Of a DNA stretch of 64,000 nucleotides, positions 8,876 through 19,715 are shown piece after piece; the stretch's first letter is position 1, and the number at the start of each line of letters is the position of its first letter. Below the pieces are notes generated by a model. It did no database searches. It was given only the letters and a program-made list of their open reading frames with translations, and was not told where the DNA came from. The translations under genes were made by a program, and so were the position numbers. The DNA comes from Flavobacteriaceae bacterium (GTDB taxonomy: Bacteria > Bacteroidota > Bacteroidia > Flavobacteriales > Flavobacteriaceae). The DNA lies in the NCBI GenBank assembly GCA_043557195.1, contig CP121314.1, positions 4,137,582 through 4,201,581 of the forward strand, read 5' to 3'.

Positions 8876-10882
8876 ATGAAACGAACCTTTCTTTTCTTAT
8901 GTTTTTGTGTGAACTTTTTAGTTGCGCAACAAACGGAGTATGTTGATTTTAAAAAAGCAAGAGTAGGTATTGTTGAAGGGTTGGAAGATAGATTGGTTAA
9001 TGGAGAAGTTATATTTACTTTCGATGTTTTAAAAGCAACAGATTCTATTTTCATCAATGCTAGGAATATTGAATTTCAAATGGCTCAAATAGAAAAAGGT
9101 GTTTTGAGATTCAAAAAGGAAGAAGGAGGCTATTGGCTCTTTTCTAAATTTATTCCTTCTATTAATAATAAGTTATTTATTCTATACAAAGCCCAACCTA
9201 AGAAAGCATTGTATTTTTTGAAAAAAGACAACTTGCATCATATATGGTCTCAAGGGCAAGGTAAATACACTAGTAATTGGATACCAAGTTTTGATGACAT
9301 GAATGAAAAATTAGAATTTGACATTTCGGTAGTTTTCGAAGATGGCTATGAGGTAATTTCAAATGGTTCTTTAATAATGAAGGATAGTATAGATGGTTTT
9401 AACAGGTGGCACTACGATATGGAAAAACCTATGTCCAGTTATCTTGTGGGCCTCGTAATAGGAAAATACGATAAAAAAGTAAAATACTCCAAAAGCGGAG
9501 TGCCTTTAGAAATGTATTATTATCCAGAGGATTCCCTCAAATTTGAGCCTACATATCGTTATACAAAACAGATGTTTGATTTTTTTGAGGAAGAAATTGG
9601 TGTGCCTTATCCATGGCAAAACTACAAGATGGTGCCTGTAAAAGACTTTTTGTATGCTGGAATGGAGAATACAAGTCTCAATATTTATTCTGATGCTTTT
9701 GTGGTGGATTCTATTGCGTTTGTAGATAAAAATTTTGTAAACATCAATGCGCATGAATTGGCGCACCAATGGTTTGGTGATTTAGTAACGGCTACTTCAG
9801 GAACACATCATTGGCTTCAAGAAGGGTTTGCCACTTACTATGCGCTTCTGGCTGAAAAAGACATTTTTGGAGATGATTATTACTATTGGAGACTCTACGA
9901 ATATGCTCAAGAATTAAAAGCACAAGATGAAGCAGGAAAAAGTACTTCACTATTAAATCCAAAATCTAGTAGCACGACGTTTTATAAAAAAGGATGTTGG
10001 GTGCTGCATATGTTGCGAGAAAAGGTTGGAGATGAAGCTTTTAAAATTGCCATTAAAAATTATTTAGAAAAACATCAATTTAAAAATGTGGATACTGATG
10101 ATTTTATTTCTGAAGTAGAAAAGAGTAGTGGAGATGATTTGAGTGGGTTTGTGAATATGTGGCTTAAATCAGCAGAACTTAATTATAATAGAATGATTCA
10201 AGCAATAAGTTCTAATAAAAAAGTAAAGCAGTTGATTTCTTTTGATGAATTTGATGCTGAAATAAAAGTTAGTGAGGCAGGAGCAGTTTCGGGTGATATA
10301 GTAAATGTACTTCATGTTTTGAAAGCTTATTATGCGGATTTTGCATTTAGGGATAGCTTAAATACTAATAAAAGCGGCTATAAAGACGGTGAATCGATTA
10401 AGTTCTACAAAATAGCTTTTAATTCAAAAGACATAAAAGTTCGTCAAGCCATTGCTCAAAATTTAACTGATATCCCTTCAGAATTAAAAGAAGATTATGA
10501 ATCACTTTTAAACGATAAATCCTATATCACAATTGAGGCTGCATTATTTAATTTATGGCGGAATTTCCCTGAGGATAGAACGAAGTATCTAAATCAAACT
10601 AAAACTATTGTCGGTTTTAATGATAAAAATGTTCGAATATTATGGCTAACACTAGCATTGATTACTGAGGACTATGCGCCTGATAATAAATCAAAATACT
10701 TTCAAGAGCTAACGGGTTATACAGGTTCACAATATGGCTTTGAAGTGCGGCAGAATGCATTTCAGTATTTACATCAAATACAAGCCTGTAATGACAGTTG
10801 TAAAGAAAATCTAAAGCAAGCTGCAACACATCACAATTGGCGATTTAAGCAATTTGCAAAATCTCTTTTGGAACAGGAATAG
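8876..10882 (+). CDS. M1-family zinc metallopeptidase (aminopeptidase N-like), secreted
   Basis: GMEN exopeptidase motif (AGMENTS) and HELAHQWFGD...E zinc site. The signal peptide starts at the internal Met (MKRTFLFLCFCVNFLVAQ), so the start is moved from 8819 to 8876. Confidence 0.85.
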   Translation: MKRTFLFLCFCVNFLVAQQTEYVDFKKARVGIVEGLEDRLVNGEVIFTFDVLKATDSIFINARNIEFQMAQIEKGVLRFKKEEGGYWLFSKFIPSINNKLFILYKAQPKKALYFLKKDNLHHIWSQGQGKYTSNWIPSFDDMNEKLEFDISVVFEDGYEVISNGSLIMKDSIDGFNRWHYDMEKPMSSYLVGLVIGKYDKKVKYSKSGVPLEMYYYPEDSLKFEPTYRYTKQMFDFFEEEIGVPYPWQNYKMVPVKDFLYAGMENTSLNIYSDAFVVDSIAFVDKNFVNINAHELAHQWFGDLVTATSGTHHWLQEGFATYYALLAEKDIFGDDYYYWRLYEYAQELKAQDEAGKSTSLLNPKSSSTTFYKKGCWVLHMLREKVGDEAFKIAIKNYLEKHQFKNVDTDDFISEVEKSSGDDLSGFVNMWLKSAELNYNRMIQAISSNKKVKQLISFDEFDAEIKVSEAGAVSGDIVNVLHVLKAYYADFAFRDSLNTNKSGYKDGESIKFYKIAFNSKDIKVRQAIAQNLTDIPSELKEDYESLLNDKSYITIEAALFNLWRNFPEDRTKYLNQTKTIVGFNDKNVRILWLTLALITEDYAPDNKSKYFQELTGYTGSQYGFEVRQNAFQYLHQIQACNDSCKENLKQAATHHNWRFKQFAKSLLEQE

Positions 10883-10973
10883 GTTGAATAAGCCCTTGTC
10901 ATTCAGAACAAAGCAAAGAATCTGATTGTAAACTTATAGATGCTTCGATCGTATCTCCCTAAGAATAACACTA

Positions 10974-11978
10974 CTACTTTCTACGCTCATTATTAGTAGG
11001 GCTTCTACACACCAAACAATCCGCTAAATAAGTGATGGACAATTCGTAAATTCCATCTGTTCTTCCAATATTTGAAGTGTTGAAATCATAAGAAAATCCG
11101 AACCTTAAACGCTCAAACTCTAAACCTACAAGCGCATTAACTGAAGTTAACAGGTGACTATTTCCACTATTCTTAGCAGGATTAGTAACTGCCATAACGC
11201 CCAAAAAGAGCTTACTTAACTTTGCGGTTGCAGCTAAATCAAATCTGTTATAGGCACCTTGCTGCATATAATTTGCCGAAAGTATCATGTCGTTATAATC
11301 GTAATAGGGAAATTTGTAATTGGCATGTATGGTATAAAAAATATCTAACGGTACATTGCCATTATCAAAAAATGAAATGTTTGGTTGATTTAAATGTTTA
11401 ATTGCCGCACCCAACCACAAATCGGTACCATTCGCTCTATTTTTTTTATCAAAAACAAAACCTGCAGTAAAATCTATAAATCCTATACTGTTATTGGCAT
11501 TAGATGCAAAAGGATCTGCCGATGTTGCATTAACTGTTCCAGCGTTTATATTGATTTGATCGGATAGCACCAAATTTCTAAAATTGAACGATTTCATGCC
11601 GTAACCAACTTCTATAGCAGGTCTAAAATACCAATCGTTATTCAACCCAACGATATATGCAAAATTGCCATTAAACTGAAAATGATTATAACTAGTGCTA
11701 TTTTCACGCTGATTTAAAAAACTAAAACCAACGCCAATACCATCCTTGGCATTTTCTAACCATGTATTAAAAAAGGCATAGTTTGTATCTACCTGTAAAT
11801 CTAAATATGGCCATTGTGTGCGATGCATCACTCCAAAATAAGTAGCTTGCTCAAACCCTGAGAAGGCGGGATTCAAAGTTTCAGGCACCATAAAATACTG
11901 ACTGAAAATTGGGTCTTGCGCTTGTGCTTTAAAACAAAAGCAAGTGATAATCAAAATATAATAAAATCTTACTTTCAT
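10974..11978 (-). CDS. PorP/SprF-family type IX secretion system outer-membrane protein
   Basis: Signal peptide followed by the QDPIFSQYFMVPETLNPAFSG signature typical of PorP/SprF. It sits immediately downstream of a T9SS type-B cargo gene. Confidence 0.85.
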   Translation of the reverse strand: MKVRFYYILIITCFCFKAQAQDPIFSQYFMVPETLNPAFSGFEQATYFGVMHRTQWPYLDLQVDTNYAFFNTWLENAKDGIGVGFSFLNQRENSTSYNHFQFNGNFAYIVGLNNDWYFRPAIEVGYGMKSFNFRNLVLSDQININAGTVNATSADPFASNANNSIGFIDFTAGFVFDKKNRANGTDLWLGAAIKHLNQPNISFFDNGNVPLDIFYTIHANYKFPYYDYNDMILSANYMQQGAYNRFDLAATAKLSKLFLGVMAVTNPAKNSGNSHLLTSVNALVGLEFERLRFGFSYDFNTSNIGRTDGIYELSITYLADCLVCRSPTNNERRK

Positions 11979-11982
11979 TTCT

Positions 11983-14900
11983 TTATTTAATTAAAACAAC
12001 TACACCTTTACTGGTAATGGTTTCACCATAAAACGTATCTCCAGAAAACGTGTAATAATAATTTCCGTTTTCTGCATTTGAACCCTTGATTTTCCCATCC
12101 CATCCTCTAAGACTTTCACCTTCTTCAGAATACACCATGCTACCCCAAGTATCATAAATCTCAAACTTCATATTAGATAACGCAATTTGTGATGGTAAAA
12201 AGTAGTCGTTAAGCGCATCATCATTAGGGGTAAATGCATTAGGGACTATTAGGCTATAGCCTTTCTGAATATTTAAGGTTAATGTTCTGGTATACACACA
12301 ATCAAAAGGATACACTACAGTTTGTGTGACTATATAAGTTCCAACGGTTTTGTAGATATGAATAGGGTTTTCTTCACTTGAAAAATTACCATCACCAAAA
12401 TCCCAAGATATACCAACATAATCACCACTTGATGTGTTGGTAAATTGGATAGGGTCTTCAATAGAATAAAATCCGAAATTTGTAATAGCTTCTGAAGTTA
12501 AAGTGAAATTTGGATCTCCCAATTCTGGAATATCAACATTGTAAGAAAACGATATTGAGCAGCCAATGCTATCCGTTACATCTATAACTACCAAACCATT
12601 CACATCGGTTTGCATAATTTCATTATTTGCGCCACTAACTGTTCCGCTAGACCATGAGATTTGATAAGGCGGTACACCACCATTAGGTTGAGCTATAAAA
12701 GATTGATCGACAGTTTTAGCATCACAATTAAAATTGGTATCCGTTTCTACAGCAACTTCTAGAGGATCAAATCTGTTTATAGTAAAAGTATCTGAGATTT
12801 CACAATTGTTAGCATCAGTAACCGTAAGTGTATAATCTCCTGGAGGAATGTTATTCAAATCCTCAGTAGTAGCTCCGTTAGACCATGAATAGGTGAGAGG
12901 TTGGGTTCCTCCTGTAATAATTGCATTTATTGTCCCAGTATTTGCATCATCACAATCTAAGGCATCTGTTTTAGTACCAGAAATATTAAGCGCAGCAGGT
13001 TGGGTAATCACAAAGGTCTCGGTAATTACACAAGGTTTTCCATCGGTAATTGTAACCGTGTAAGTGCCTGGGCCAAGGTTGTTACGTTCTACACCTGCAG
13101 TTGGGTCGTCATCCCAATTCAAATCAATAGGTTCAATACCGCCTTCTAAATTAAGTACAATTCTAGCGTCATTAGTACCGAAACACGATACATTAGTTAT
13201 TTCTGGAGTAATTCTAAAAACAGGAGGTGCATCAATTACCACAGTGGCTTCTTTAATACAATCTGTAGCATCAGTTACGGTAATGACATAAGTACCTGGT
13301 GATAAATTATTTTGAACAAGCCCAGAGCCTAAATTACTCCAAGCTGTGGTATATGGTCCATTTCCGCCAGAAATATTATCAATGGTTATGGATGCATCAT
13401 TATCATTATAGCATTCAATTTCCGTGGCAGTTATATCAATTATAATCTCGTCTGTTTGGTCTATTATCACTTCCAATGTATCTGTACAATTAGAGCGATC
13501 TGTAACAGTTAAATTATAAGTTCCGGCAAATAGTCCTGTCAAATTTTGATTTGTACTTGCAAATCCGTTAGGTCCTGTCCAACTATATGTATAATCAAAT
13601 ACACCAGGTGATATCTCAAAAGGTCTTCCACCTGTGATATTTACATTAATTTCTCCGGTAGCTTCTCCAAAACAAATAACATCAACTTTAGTATTTAAAG
13701 TGGCTTGCAATTCTGGAGGTTCAATTACCGAAAAACTTTGAATAATTGGATTACAATTATTGGCATCAGTGACAGTTATTTCATAAGTTCCAGGTGGTAA
13801 ATTAGTTAAATCTTCATCTGTACTATATGGCGCACCATTTCTTGTCCAGCTATAAGTGTAAGGTACTGTACCACCAGAAACGTCAATACCGATAGCGCCA
13901 TCATCTTCTTGGAAACAAGAAATTGTTTCTGGATCAAAATCGGTCGTACTGAATATCAATTCATCAGGCTCTGTAATGGTGAATGTTTCAGAAAACGGAC
14001 AACCACCATCATCTAAAATAGACACTGTATAATCTCCTGGTGCTAAATTTGAAATATCTTCTGAAGTATTAGTATACCCATTTGGTCCTGTCCAATTGAT
14101 TTGATATGGATTTCCTGTCGGAAACGGCACACCTCCAGAAATTGTGATATCTAGAGCACCACCATTATCTAAATAACAACTACTATTCGTTTGAATGGAT
14201 GTGATACTTATCGAAGGATTTACAGTAATTACAACTTGAAAGTCAGTACCAACACAAGACCCTAAGGCAGGTGCAACTGTGTATGTTACTATTGACGGGT
14301 TTGTTGTAGTGTTAGTTAGTGTTTGACTTATTGATAGTTGAGGCGTTGTTTCTTGAGAAGCTCCAGTAATAGTCCCTGCAGGATTTATTACAGGGCTGGT
14401 CCATGTATAGGTTGTTCCCGTTGGTGCGGTATCACCTCCAGTACTATCTGGTGTTATGGTGAAAGCATTTCCGCTACAAATAATATCTGTTTTATCGCTA
14501 ATATCTGGTGTCTCATTAACGGTTTGTTCAGAAATTGTTGAGGTAATCTCTGTACAACCACCAGATGAAAATGTAATAATTGCATAATAATACACAGTAC
14601 CAACCGTTCCGGAGGGTGGTGTATATGTAGTTCCTATTTCACCAGCAATAGGAGTACCAGTTGTAGCATCATTTACAGTATTAGAATACCATTGAAACGT
14701 TGGCGTGCCAACACCGTTTGCGAATGCCACAGATAGTGTATTGAATGCTTCACCAAAACAAATAGTTTCTGAAATTGGCTGACTGGTAATTGTAGGCGCT
14801 TGGTTTATAATAACTTGAGAGACGTCGCTAACAACGCTACATCCAGGGTCAGGTTGTGTAATTTCAGCATAGTAATATAAAGTGCCAACCGCAGTGGTTG

Positions 14901-17900
14901 GAGGTGTGAAAGTGGCGTTAGTTGCTCCTGCAATTATAGCCCCACCAGTATTTACATTGGTTGTATTACTGTACCATTGAAATGTGTAATTTGTTCCCAA
15001 TCCACCAGTAACTTGAACTTCTAAATCTTGAGGTGTAGTCCCTTGACATAATTCTTGGCTTATAATAGGTTGAGATGTGATTGTTGGATCGTCTACAACA
15101 CTAATTTCGGCTACTTCGCTTGTTACAGGGGCACAACCACTGCCATTTGCTGTAACAGTAACGTAATAATAAAACGTTCCTAGAGTATTAAAAATAGGAG
15201 AGGTATAACTTATTCCTGTTTCACCTGGTATTGCTGTACCTCCAGTATTAGAATTTGTAGTATTTGAATACCATTGATATGTAATAGTTCCCGTGCCGCC
15301 AGAATGTGTTATGGTTAAATCTGTTGCAAAACTCCCTCCAACACATATATTTTGTATTGGGGTTGGATTGGTGTCTATTTGAATGCCCTCAACAACCTCA
15401 ATTCTAGCTGTGTTGGATATAATCTCATTACATCCAGCACCAGAGGTAAATGACGCTATCACATAATAATACGTTACACCAACAGGATTGTTTGGAGGTG
15501 TATACGTTGCATTTGTTTCACTGGCAATTGCAGTTCCTGTTGTAGTATCATTTACGGTATTTGAATACCATTGATAGCTAGGGGTTCCAGGACCATTTAC
15601 AGAGACAGCCAATTGATTAATAGGACCATTTAAACAAATAGTTTCAGGTTGTGGCTGACTTGTGAATTCTGGTGCAGGATCAACGGTGATGACCAAATTA
15701 ACAGGTGCGCCATCACAACCTCCGTTAGAAGGTGTTATCGTATAGGTAACATCTTCTGAAGTCGTATTAGAATTAAATATTGTTTGAACGGGTATAGTAC
15801 TAGTTGTACCATTTGCAATAAAACCTGTAACACCAGGAGGTGCAGTAGCAGACCATGTAAAGGTAGTTACTATAATATCTGATGTGAGATTGACTTCGGC
15901 TGTCGCTGTTCCAGAACAAATCGTTTGGGTTAAATCGGTATTTGTTATTGTTGGAATTTGAAAAATCTCAAAATCTTCAGTATCAGTCGTAGTTCCACAA
16001 CTTGATGTTACACTGAAACTTATTTGATAAACGCCAGGTGTATTGTAAACAATAGTTCCTGGATTTAATGTGGTTGCTGTAGCTGGTGTTCCACCTGGAA
16101 AACTCCAATTGTAAGTTACAGTTTCTGTAGCTGGCGCACAGGTATCAACTGTTGCAGTCGGGTTTATGGAAGCCGTACCACAAAAATCAGCAACAGCATC
16201 AATAGCAACAGTAGGGGGTTGTTTCACTTCAATTGTTTCAGAAACCGTATCACTTCCGCAGGTATTTGTAGTCGTTAGGGACAACGTATAAGTTCCAGCA
16301 CTAATAAATTCAAATGATGGATTAGCACTATTTTCATCTGTACCATTAGTAAAATTCCACTGCGGTACTCCTGTGCTACAAAAGCCTGATGTATAGGCTA
16401 CTTCCCATAAATACGTAACGCCACCACAACTTTCACTTAAATCTGTGGTATTTGTAGTTTGAACCTTTAAGGGAGAACACCCATTATTTGTATCTAAGGT
16501 AAACGCAGCTGTTAAATCAGCTTCAATACAAATGTTTTTAGTAATGGTATCGGTTACGCCACAGGAATTCTCAGCATAAAGAGATACTGTAAACGTACCC
16601 GTTGTGGTATATGTATGCGTAGGGTCTCTATCATTTGAAGTGTTACCATCACCAAAATCCCAATAATACCCATCATTGATACTACAATTATTACTGTAAC
16701 CATCAAGCGAAGTGTTATCAAATAAAACAGGAGTATTTACACAACTGGTTGGTGGCTCTTCAAAATCAACTTCTGGCCTTCGCAGAATAATAATTGGTCC
16801 TGCCGTTAGATTGGTTTGTCCGCATGATGTGGTAATGAATAAAAATACGGTATAACTTAAAGGACAACTTGTCTCGGTATAGGTATGTGGAATCGGGAAA
16901 TCTTGAGAACTAACAGGATCTGCAGCATTAAAATATGGAGAAGCTTCCAATTGAGCTTGTGTATAATTTTCAACCGTGCCATCACCAAAATCAACTTGAT
17001 AATTAGTATCTGGAGGATTAGTTGCCCATGAGCCTATTGCAAATTCAATAGGATCTACAGGTGTACATAAATTAACGGTATTCCCAGGATTTACAATAGC
17101 ACCAGTGGGGTTACTAGAATTCTTAATTAAGTAGGTTACAGTATTGTCACAATTCGTTCCATTTCCAGTAATTTCCATATTAAACGATCCTAATTGGGTA
17201 TAGGTATGTGTTGCAGGAAAGGTTACTCCTGTTTCTATAGGACTACCATCGCCCCAGTCAACGTCATAAGAATTTATACAAGGAGACACATTATCAATAC
17301 CAACATTAATTGTATAAGAAGGGTCTGTTGTGTTATTACCGCAATTATTAAAGGGATCAAATGGACTATCAACATCTTCAAACTGCAATATTGGTTTTTG
17401 CCTTACAGTTACTGATTTAATTATTGAAGTTGAGCAACCATTACTATCAGTAGCAGTTAAACCAACTTGAAAAATTTGATTACCACATCCTAAAGCTTCA
17501 AATATATGAGTAGGATTGTTACTTGTAGACGTATTACCATCTCCAAAACTCCAGTTATACGTAAAAGGACCAGCACCACTTGCCGATGGCGTAAAGTTAA
17601 TGGGCACACCTGAACAGACATTATTGTTATTAAATGAAAAATCCAGAGTAGGTAAATCATTAACAGTAATTGTAGCTGCACCTGTCTCAGTAGTTGTATC
17701 ACCGGTACTATCTTCTACTGAAACTAACCTGTAAACAAATGTTCCAGTAGATAATGTGCTTACAGTTAAATCAATAGAGTTATTAGAACCAATTGTAGAA
17801 ATGGTAAGATTTCCACCTCCATTAATAGTATAGGTGAATGTGTATGGTGCAACACCTCCTGAACCAGTAAATGTTATTTCGGGGTCTGGTGAGCTATTTA

Positions 17901-18060
17901 AACAAACTTCGGTTGTTCCAGATATTGAAGCCGATGGTGGTAGTGCTGAAAGCTCAGTTTTTATAAAGAATTGAGCTTTTGGGGTAATATCTTTTAAGGC
18001 AAAAAGAGATGCAATTATTACTGTAGAAAATAATGCAACAAGAAAAGGTTTCTTCAGCAT
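11983..18060 (-). CDS. Giant cell-surface adhesin: PKD domains, Ig-like YQWYSNT repeats, SprB-type repeats, and a T9SS type-B (gliding-motility) C-terminal sorting domain
   Basis: 2025 aa. PKD motifs (WDFGDGNTS..NPTHTY), SprB-like repeats (..GG..PY.Y.W.....T..L..L..G.Y.V.V.D..GC), and a C-terminal PNAFTPNDDALNDYF...VVLIK. Confidence 0.9.
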   Translation of the reverse strand: MLKKPFLVALFSTVIIASLFALKDITPKAQFFIKTELSALPPSASISGTTEVCLNSSPDPEITFTGSGGVAPYTFTYTINGGGNLTISTIGSNNSIDLTVSTLSTGTFVYRLVSVEDSTGDTTTETGAATITVNDLPTLDFSFNNNNVCSGVPINFTPSASGAGPFTYNWSFGDGNTSTSNNPTHIFEALGCGNQIFQVGLTATDSNGCSTSIIKSVTVRQKPILQFEDVDSPFDPFNNCGNNTTDPSYTINVGIDNVSPCINSYDVDWGDGSPIETGVTFPATHTYTQLGSFNMEITGNGTNCDNTVTYLIKNSSNPTGAIVNPGNTVNLCTPVDPIEFAIGSWATNPPDTNYQVDFGDGTVENYTQAQLEASPYFNAADPVSSQDFPIPHTYTETSCPLSYTVFLFITTSCGQTNLTAGPIIILRRPEVDFEEPPTSCVNTPVLFDNTSLDGYSNNCSINDGYYWDFGDGNTSNDRDPTHTYTTTGTFTVSLYAENSCGVTDTITKNICIEADLTAAFTLDTNNGCSPLKVQTTNTTDLSESCGGVTYLWEVAYTSGFCSTGVPQWNFTNGTDENSANPSFEFISAGTYTLSLTTTNTCGSDTVSETIEVKQPPTVAIDAVADFCGTASINPTATVDTCAPATETVTYNWSFPGGTPATATTLNPGTIVYNTPGVYQISFSVTSSCGTTTDTEDFEIFQIPTITNTDLTQTICSGTATAEVNLTSDIIVTTFTWSATAPPGVTGFIANGTTSTIPVQTIFNSNTTSEDVTYTITPSNGGCDGAPVNLVITVDPAPEFTSQPQPETICLNGPINQLAVSVNGPGTPSYQWYSNTVNDTTTGTAIASETNATYTPPNNPVGVTYYYVIASFTSGAGCNEIISNTARIEVVEGIQIDTNPTPIQNICVGGSFATDLTITHSGGTGTITYQWYSNTTNSNTGGTAIPGETGISYTSPIFNTLGTFYYYVTVTANGSGCAPVTSEVAEISVVDDPTITSQPIISQELCQGTTPQDLEVQVTGGLGTNYTFQWYSNTTNVNTGGAIIAGATNATFTPPTTAVGTLYYYAEITQPDPGCSVVSDVSQVIINQAPTITSQPISETICFGEAFNTLSVAFANGVGTPTFQWYSNTVNDATTGTPIAGEIGTTYTPPSGTVGTVYYYAIITFSSGGCTEITSTISEQTVNETPDISDKTDIICSGNAFTITPDSTGGDTAPTGTTYTWTSPVINPAGTITGASQETTPQLSISQTLTNTTTNPSIVTYTVAPALGSCVGTDFQVVITVNPSISITSIQTNSSCYLDNGGALDITISGGVPFPTGNPYQINWTGPNGYTNTSEDISNLAPGDYTVSILDDGGCPFSETFTITEPDELIFSTTDFDPETISCFQEDDGAIGIDVSGGTVPYTYSWTRNGAPYSTDEDLTNLPPGTYEITVTDANNCNPIIQSFSVIEPPELQATLNTKVDVICFGEATGEINVNITGGRPFEISPGVFDYTYSWTGPNGFASTNQNLTGLFAGTYNLTVTDRSNCTDTLEVIIDQTDEIIIDITATEIECYNDNDASITIDNISGGNGPYTTAWSNLGSGLVQNNLSPGTYVITVTDATDCIKEATVVIDAPPVFRITPEITNVSCFGTNDARIVLNLEGGIEPIDLNWDDDPTAGVERNNLGPGTYTVTITDGKPCVITETFVITQPAALNISGTKTDALDCDDANTGTINAIITGGTQPLTYSWSNGATTEDLNNIPPGDYTLTVTDANNCEISDTFTINRFDPLEVAVETDTNFNCDAKTVDQSFIAQPNGGVPPYQISWSSGTVSGANNEIMQTDVNGLVVIDVTDSIGCSISFSYNVDIPELGDPNFTLTSEAITNFGFYSIEDPIQFTNTSSGDYVGISWDFGDGNFSSEENPIHIYKTVGTYIVTQTVVYPFDCVYTRTLTLNIQKGYSLIVPNAFTPNDDALNDYFLPSQIALSNMKFEIYDTWGSMVYSEEGESLRGWDGKIKGSNAENGNYYYTFSGDTFYGETITSKGVVVLIK
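14490..15690 (-). repeat. Four tandem in-frame repeats of about 295 nt (about 98 aa) inside the adhesin gene
   Basis: Recurrent (Y/F)QWYSNT(V/T)N...TG(G/T)..I.G....(Y/F)T.P....G..YYY...............S at about 15575, 15275, 14980 and 14695. Confidence 0.6.
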
Positions 18061-18246
18061 GAATAAAAGTTAGGTTAATAGCGTCTCTAAAATATAGATT
18101 CTTTTTTAGCTTACATTGAAAATTTCGTGATAATGTAACTTTTATCTACAAAATACCCAGAATAGGGTACACAAAAACCACAATTGATACTATTCGCACT
18201 TTATAGTATTTTCGTAATCGTTATATTTAAGAATTAAAAAACACTT

Positions 18247-19164
18247 ATGAAAGCCCTAGTCATATCAGGAGGAGGAAGTAAAGGTGCCTATGCAGGCGGT
18301 GTTGCTCAATATTTAATGGAGGTTGAGGGGCGAGACTACGATATGTTTTTAGGAACATCTACAGGGAGTTTGTTGGTGCCACATCTCGCAGCAGGAGAAA
18401 TCGATAAAATTTATAATGTATACACGAATGTTACCCAACGCGATATTTTTAGCGTAAATCCGTTTACTATAAGAAAGAAAGGTAAAAGAGAATTCGTTTC
18501 CATTGATTTCTTAAATACACTTTGGCAGTTTATTAAAATGAAGCGCACCTTTGGCGAGAGTAAAGCTTTAAGACGCCACATTAAAAAACATTTTACTATT
18601 GACGAGTATCATAAAATTAAAGAAACGAAAGATGATGTTGTAGTAACAGTATCAAATTTGTCTAAAAATAGAGTAGAGTATAAGTCTATCAAAGATTATG
18701 ACTATGATGAGTTTTGTGAGTGGATTTGGATTTCTTGTAATTACATTCCGTTTATGTCGTTAGTTAAAAAAAATGAATTTGAATATGCTGATGGCGGTTT
18801 GGGATGCGTAATTCCCATTAGGGAAGCTATTTTACGAGGTGCAACTGAGGTCGATGCTATTGTTTTAGAGTCGGAAAGTATGGAATATAATAAAGTGTTA
18901 GGTAAGAATCCGTTTTCACTAATGATTAATCTATTTGGGCATTTATCTGACCAATTAGAACGTAATGATATTACCATTGGCAAATTGGCCGCTAAGAATA
19001 GAGATGTAGAGCTTAATTTATACTATACGCCATCAAAACTTACTGAAAACTCATTGATTTTCAACAAAAAGCTCATGAAATCATGGTGGGAACAAGGTTG
19101 GAATTACGCCAAAAATAAATGTGAGCAAGCAAGGTCTAACGAATTGCGTTTAGAGGATAAATAA
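18247..19164 (+). CDS. Patatin-like phospholipase
   Basis: GGGSKGAYAGG oxyanion motif, GTSTGS nucleophile elbow, and DGG catalytic Asp motif (YADGGLG). Confidence 0.85.
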   Translation: MKALVISGGGSKGAYAGGVAQYLMEVEGRDYDMFLGTSTGSLLVPHLAAGEIDKIYNVYTNVTQRDIFSVNPFTIRKKGKREFVSIDFLNTLWQFIKMKRTFGESKALRRHIKKHFTIDEYHKIKETKDDVVVTVSNLSKNRVEYKSIKDYDYDEFCEWIWISCNYIPFMSLVKKNEFEYADGGLGCVIPIREAILRGATEVDAIVLESESMEYNKVLGKNPFSLMINLFGHLSDQLERNDITIGKLAAKNRDVELNLYYTPSKLTENSLIFNKKLMKSWWEQGWNYAKNKCEQARSNELRLEDK

Positions 19165-19166
19165 AT

Positions 19167-19688
19167 TTACCACAATTCTCGAACCTCTTCTTTTAAAATT
19201 GAAATAGCTGCATCGCTAGGAGAATGGCGCTCCATCATTTCAGTTAATAACACTTCTCTAAGTTTATCAGCAGAATCTGTTTTTTCAGATAAATTAGCTT
19301 TTCTAATCAGTTGTACAGTTGCACTTTTTGCGGTACTTATTACACTCCAACATTTCTCACTTACATAAATTTGCTGGGTTAAATTATGCTCCATTTCTTG
19401 TTGAATATTTTGTATCAATAAAGCCTCGTAATCATCTTTATTTGAAGACATTGGCTTCACTCTTAATAACAATTTATTTGGAGATATACGTTCTAAAAAA
19501 AGTGTTAACCTTTCATAAGCCTGTAATCGCAAAGGAAGCGATGTGGTTTGTAAATCTTTCTTTAATAAAAACCTACGGCGACCATCTTCATTAGCAGTAT
19601 GTGTTTTAAAAAAATAGTAAGCGATTAGTCCGGTAACTAAAGCTGGAATAGTAAATAAAAATAAATCAATAATTCTGCTTGAATCCAT
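19167..19688 (-). CDS. Hypothetical membrane-anchored protein
   Basis: 173-aa ORF with one N-terminal TM helix. No recognisable motif. Confidence 0.55.
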   Translation of the reverse strand: MDSSRIIDLFLFTIPALVTGLIAYYFFKTHTANEDGRRRFLLKKDLQTTSLPLRLQAYERLTLFLERISPNKLLLRVKPMSSNKDDYEALLIQNIQQEMEHNLTQQIYVSEKCWSVISTAKSATVQLIRKANLSEKTDSADKLREVLLTEMMERHSPSDAAISILKEEVRELW

Positions 19689-19715
19689 ATCTGTTGGTTA
19701 ATAATATTTGGGCAA

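Noticed and set aside
8803-9057. 84-aa minus-strand ORF overlapping the start of the M1 peptidase gene.
   Set aside because: It is antisense to a well-supported gene and to its signal-peptide region, with no motif.
12000-18000. Several 64-75-aa ORFs inside or antisense to the adhesin gene (13064-13291, 14338-14541, 17194-17415, 17490-17702, 17516-17734).
   Set aside because: They are shadow ORFs within a long, clearly coding gene with a repetitive Thr/Gly/Asn-rich codon pattern. None has independent support.
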